IMG/VR virus record: IMGVR_UViG_3300022539_000516
Source: a virus
Reading direction: 5' to 3' (one strand)
DNA: 64,000 bases
The position numbers and the translations under genes are program-made. Positions within the stretch are counted from its first letter, which is position 1. Each line of letters starts with the position of its first letter. Positions 60,668 through 64,000 of this stretch are shown here, in pieces. The notes beneath the pieces were generated by a model that made no database searches, was not told the DNA's origin, and was given only the letters and a program-made list of their open reading frames with translations.

Positions 60668-62244
60668 GATAGAGGAGAAGAAAAATGTCTGATGGTATTC
60701 TATGTTGTGTAGAAGAGTGTAAGATTGAGGCCGAGATAGAAGTGATACGGTCAGGAGCAACGCTTTGGATATGCAATAAACACTACAAATTATTTATTAA
60801 GGAGTCTGTCCATAAAGGTAAGGAGGAGAAGTGAGTTTGGTGAAGTGTAGTATGGGGAATAAATGCCATATAGCCAATTATCATTATTGTGCTCATGCAA
60901 GGATACATACTAGAAATAAGAATTGTCAGAGAGCTTGTTACGATTCTCCCGGCGATTGGGGAGGAGTTTGTCGAAGTATCAAAGACATTCCGAAAAAAAG
61001 GATAAAGGAGGAGAAATGAGCGAAATAAAAGTTGGTTTGACAATAGGACAACAAGATGCCCTTGAAGGATTGGACGAACTCAAAAGGTATTATGCTTGGA
61101 AGGTCGTTGATTTTTTGAAGACTGTACCAACTGAACATCAACAGATAGTATATTACCAAGCATCCAATGTCATGTATGAAATCGCTGATGCAATTGGGAA
61201 AGACGCCATGAAGCGGGCTGGGAAACTTGGTGAAATTCAACTTGCCGAAATAGAACTTGAGAGAAAGGAGCCTATCTATGACAAGGAGGGGGAATGAGCA
61301 ACAAGTGCATTTGTAGCAATCCGCTGAGGTTCGATAGAAGTAGATATATGACAAATAGATGGAAAGCAAGGTCTTGCTGTGGATGTGAGTATCTACATAT
61401 TGGGCGAAGAGTAGACCATAACCATTGTGATTATGCGCATGATGACTCTTGGATAGAACCCGACAAGAAGTGCGCGAATTTCAAACTCAAACCTCAGTGT
61501 CAACCAAAGGAACCCACCCATAAGAAGGAGAAGTGGTGTCTCTCATGCCACATGAGAGACATTGCACTTGACCGTATTAAATCGTTAAGAGATAGACTAG
61601 AAAATGCAGAACTGTTATGTCGTACATACAAGTCAGACCTGCGTAGATAGCGTTAATTGTTATGGTAAATAGCCAAAGGAGTCCACCAATGAAACCAAAT
61701 GAGCTAAAGGAGTTTTGTGAGAAGCATAAAGGAGAGAAGATAAGGATGCTTGTAGAGATAGAGCCAGGCGAGAAGGCAACCGGAGAGCCGACAAATGCTG
61801 ATAGAGGTTGGTTGTATCAGCGGGACGGTTGGCTGGATGTCGGTAATGCCTATGACTGGATTTCGTTCTACTGTAAAGAAATCTCATCTCTGACAGTGGA
61901 GAAGAAGTGAACAAATGTAAGTGTGGTAATTCTCTCCGAGAGGATGAGAGGGAGTGTAATAAATGTGTGATGAGGAAATATCACCTTGACCCAACTGCCC
62001 CAGTTTGGGGAACGCTGGTAGGCGAAGTATTGGCAAACTATGTCGCCAAAGCCCTGCGGATGGCGGAGTCTCACAACGAACCGCATGAATTCCGATATGA
62101 CGAAGATGGCAATTTGGTAGACGATAATGGAAATATTTTGTTACAGAGGGGGGATATTCTACGGGGAAGATTGAATAAAAAGAAATAAAAATTTTATCTT
62201 CATATACCTTATATACTTACGCAGAATTGATAAAAAATCAGCAC

Positions 62245-62272
62245 TTGACATATATTAAAATAGTAGTATTAT
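62245..62272 (+). promoter_or_regulatory. candidate sigma70 promoter
   Basis: TTGACA-16 bp-TATTAT in an AT-rich gap. Confidence 0.5.
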
Positions 62273-62599
62273 ATAGATAGTGAGCAAGGCGACAAAGGAA
62301 CAAGAGGAGTCTAATATGAACCTGTTAGGAATAAATAGAGGTAAGTTTTCTCATATAGAAATAAGGATATTAAGCGAAATAGATAAGAAAAAGTTTAAGA
62401 TTCCTTTGCCAAAGTCAATGGTTGGTACAATATTGAATCCTATTTTAAAGGATGATAGCAAAATTTTTCAATTTGTGTCGGCATTTATTGAAGAAGACAA
62501 TGTGAAAGAGTATTTAAAGAATATTGTTTTAGAAAAAATAAAAGGACAGTATGTTCAAATAAAAGTCATTTTTGAAAAAGGTCAGATGGAGTTCTATCT

Positions 62600-62821
62600 T
62601 TGCGTAAAAAAGGAAGACCAGGCCTCAGAGTAATTGAAAATAGATGGCCACCAAAAAGAATAGAAGAATTGAGGATGAAGACTGGATTAAGCCAGAGACA
62701 ATTTTCATTTAAGGTAGGAATAACTCCAATAACTTATTACGGATGGATGACCGGAGCACATATTCCTTCGCCACTAAGCCAAAATGCTTTAGATGTAGTA
62801 GAAGAAGAATTCAATAAATAG
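62600..62821 (+). CDS. XRE-family HTH regulator
   Basis: IEELRMKTGLSQRQFSFKVGITPITYYGW..HIPS. Confidence 0.85.
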   Translation: MRKKGRPGLRVIENRWPPKRIEELRMKTGLSQRQFSFKVGITPITYYGWMTGAHIPSPLSQNALDVVEEEFNK

Positions 62822-62829
62822 GAGTATTT

Positions 62830-64000
62830 ATGCTTAAAGATTTCGAAAGAGAAGAAGAACCCGGCCCAGAAGAAGGGCTTGAACCGGGTGCCGAAGATTT
62901 TCAGATTGGCAAAAGAGGTCTTGCAAGAGAACCACATCAACCTGTTGGTAGAAAAATAAGGGCAGTCGAAGTGGCAAGAGTAGTTAAAGAGTTCAAAGAT
63001 TATACTGATGCGTATGATATTCTTACCAGTCTTGTTGGAAAAGAAGCTCAAGTTTCAATAACTAAATTAAATCAGGAAACCAATAACTTTGCAACTATTC
63101 CTTCTTTGTCAAATGTAACTTTAAACATACGAGATGTAAATTCAATATTCGAAGACTTGAACGGATTATTTAAAAGAATTTCTAAAACAAAAGGGGCTGG
63201 TGGCGGATTTTATAAAATAAGAGTATTTCCTAAAGATTATCAGCACGGTCCCGGTATATTTGAATTTCATCAGGAAATTTCAGTACCAGAAGAAGATGAG
63301 GAAAAGAGACCTACATCTGACACATTGGAAGTTATTAAACAACTTGGGGATTTAATAAGAGAATCCAATCAACGAACATCTGATGTTATTACTAAAATGA
63401 GTCAGGATAATATGAAAAGAGATATGGATTTTAAACTGATAATAGAAAAGGCTACAGCTGAAAGGGGTCAAAGTAGTACAGATACAATGATTGTGGGATT
63501 ATTGGGAGTTCTTGGAGATGTTATTAAAAATCAGGGAGGAGCTAAAGAAAATCCATTGCTTAGTAGTATGATGCAAAATATGACATCAATGGTAAATTCC
63601 GTTGCTTCAAAAAGAGAACCTAATAATCAATTACAAGCATTTGACCAAGCAACAACTATGTTAGAAAAACTTTTTGCTCTTGGAAAAACAGTAGGAGTGG
63701 TTCCGTCAGCGGCTCCTGCGGTAACTTCTGCTCCTGCTGCAACTGCTGTAGATGCAGAACCAAAAGGAAGATTTGATGCAATATTAGAAAAGATATTTGA
63801 CAATGCAGCACCGAAGATAGGAGATGCAGTCGGAGAAATTGCAACAGGTTTTATAAAGCAACAAGCCGGAAAAATTCCTCCGATTGGGCAACCAGCGTCA
63901 CAAACGCAAATACAACAGCCTGCGCAGCAACCACAAGCTCAAACTTTTGGCAAGGTATCAGAAGAATATAATGTAACTACAATAAAGGGATTAATTCAGT
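62830..64000 (+). CDS. large hypothetical protein, at least 390 aa, truncated by the window end
   Basis: AGGAG RBS, ATG 62830, no stop to 64000 when translated by hand; absent from ORF track; acidic N-terminus, helical middle, A/P/Q-rich linkers. Confidence 0.85.
   Translation, partial: MLKDFEREEEPGPEEGLEPGAEDFQIGKRGLAREPHQPVGRKIRAVEVARVVKEFKDYTDAYDILTSLVGKEAQVSITKLNQETNNFATIPSLSNVTLNIRDVNSIFEDLNGLFKRISKTKGAGGGFYKIRVFPKDYQHGPGIFEFHQEISVPEEDEEKRPTSDTLEVIKQLGDLIRESNQRTSDVITKMSQDNMKRDMDFKLIIEKATAERGQSSTDTMIVGLLGVLGDVIKNQGGAKENPLLSSMMQNMTSMVNSVASKREPNNQLQAFDQATTMLEKLFALGKTVGVVPSAAPAVTSAPAATAVDAEPKGRFDAILEKIFDNAAPKIGDAVGEIATGFIKQQAGKIPPIGQPASQTQIQQPAQQPQAQTFGKVSEEYNVTTIKGLIQ

Noticed and set aside
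516-63844. All minus-strand ORFs in the track
   Set aside because: They overlap well-supported + strand genes and are Phe/Leu/Ile/Ser-rich mirrors of the A-rich coding strand, with no motifs; treated as shadow ORFs.
1-64000. Stop-codon reassignment
   Set aside because: Recognisable genes are full length under the standard code and end in TAA, TGA or TAG followed by new RBS/start sites.

Overview
This window looks like the early/middle region of a large AT-rich bacteriophage or phage-like element. Essentially all real genes are on the + strand, densely packed, with bacterial Shine-Dalgarno sites and near-consensus sigma70 promoters. No capsid, terminase or tail gene is recognisable, so the phage assignment is an inference. 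Replication and recombination genes are a UvrD-type helicase, an AEP primase with a PriCT-like domain, a RecB/Cas4-like nuclease and a probable ssDNA-binding protein. Other recognisable genes: three N4/N6 DNA methyltransferases plus two remnants, three radical-SAM-type proteins, a macrodomain, Nudix, MazG-like and nucleotidyltransferase enzymes, an HgdC-type activase with its dehydratase-like partner, and one tRNA-Ser(GCT). The top hit is an apparently complete ubiquitin-like conjugation operon at 42.6-47.0 kb: an E2 with tandem SH3-like domains, a SEC-C protein, a JAB protease, an E1 and a Ubl ending in Gly-Gly. Other standouts are a 10-member paralog family with an ADP-ribosyltransferase-like motif order, a ~345-nt structured RNA plus several intergenic stem-closed RNA elements, and a regulatory hub at 33.2-34.3 kb with palindromic repeats, an rrn-type boxA and leader/trailer complementarity. 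About 100 further small + strand ORFs are hypothetical and mostly not listed. Family names come from motif recognition only; no database searches were run.
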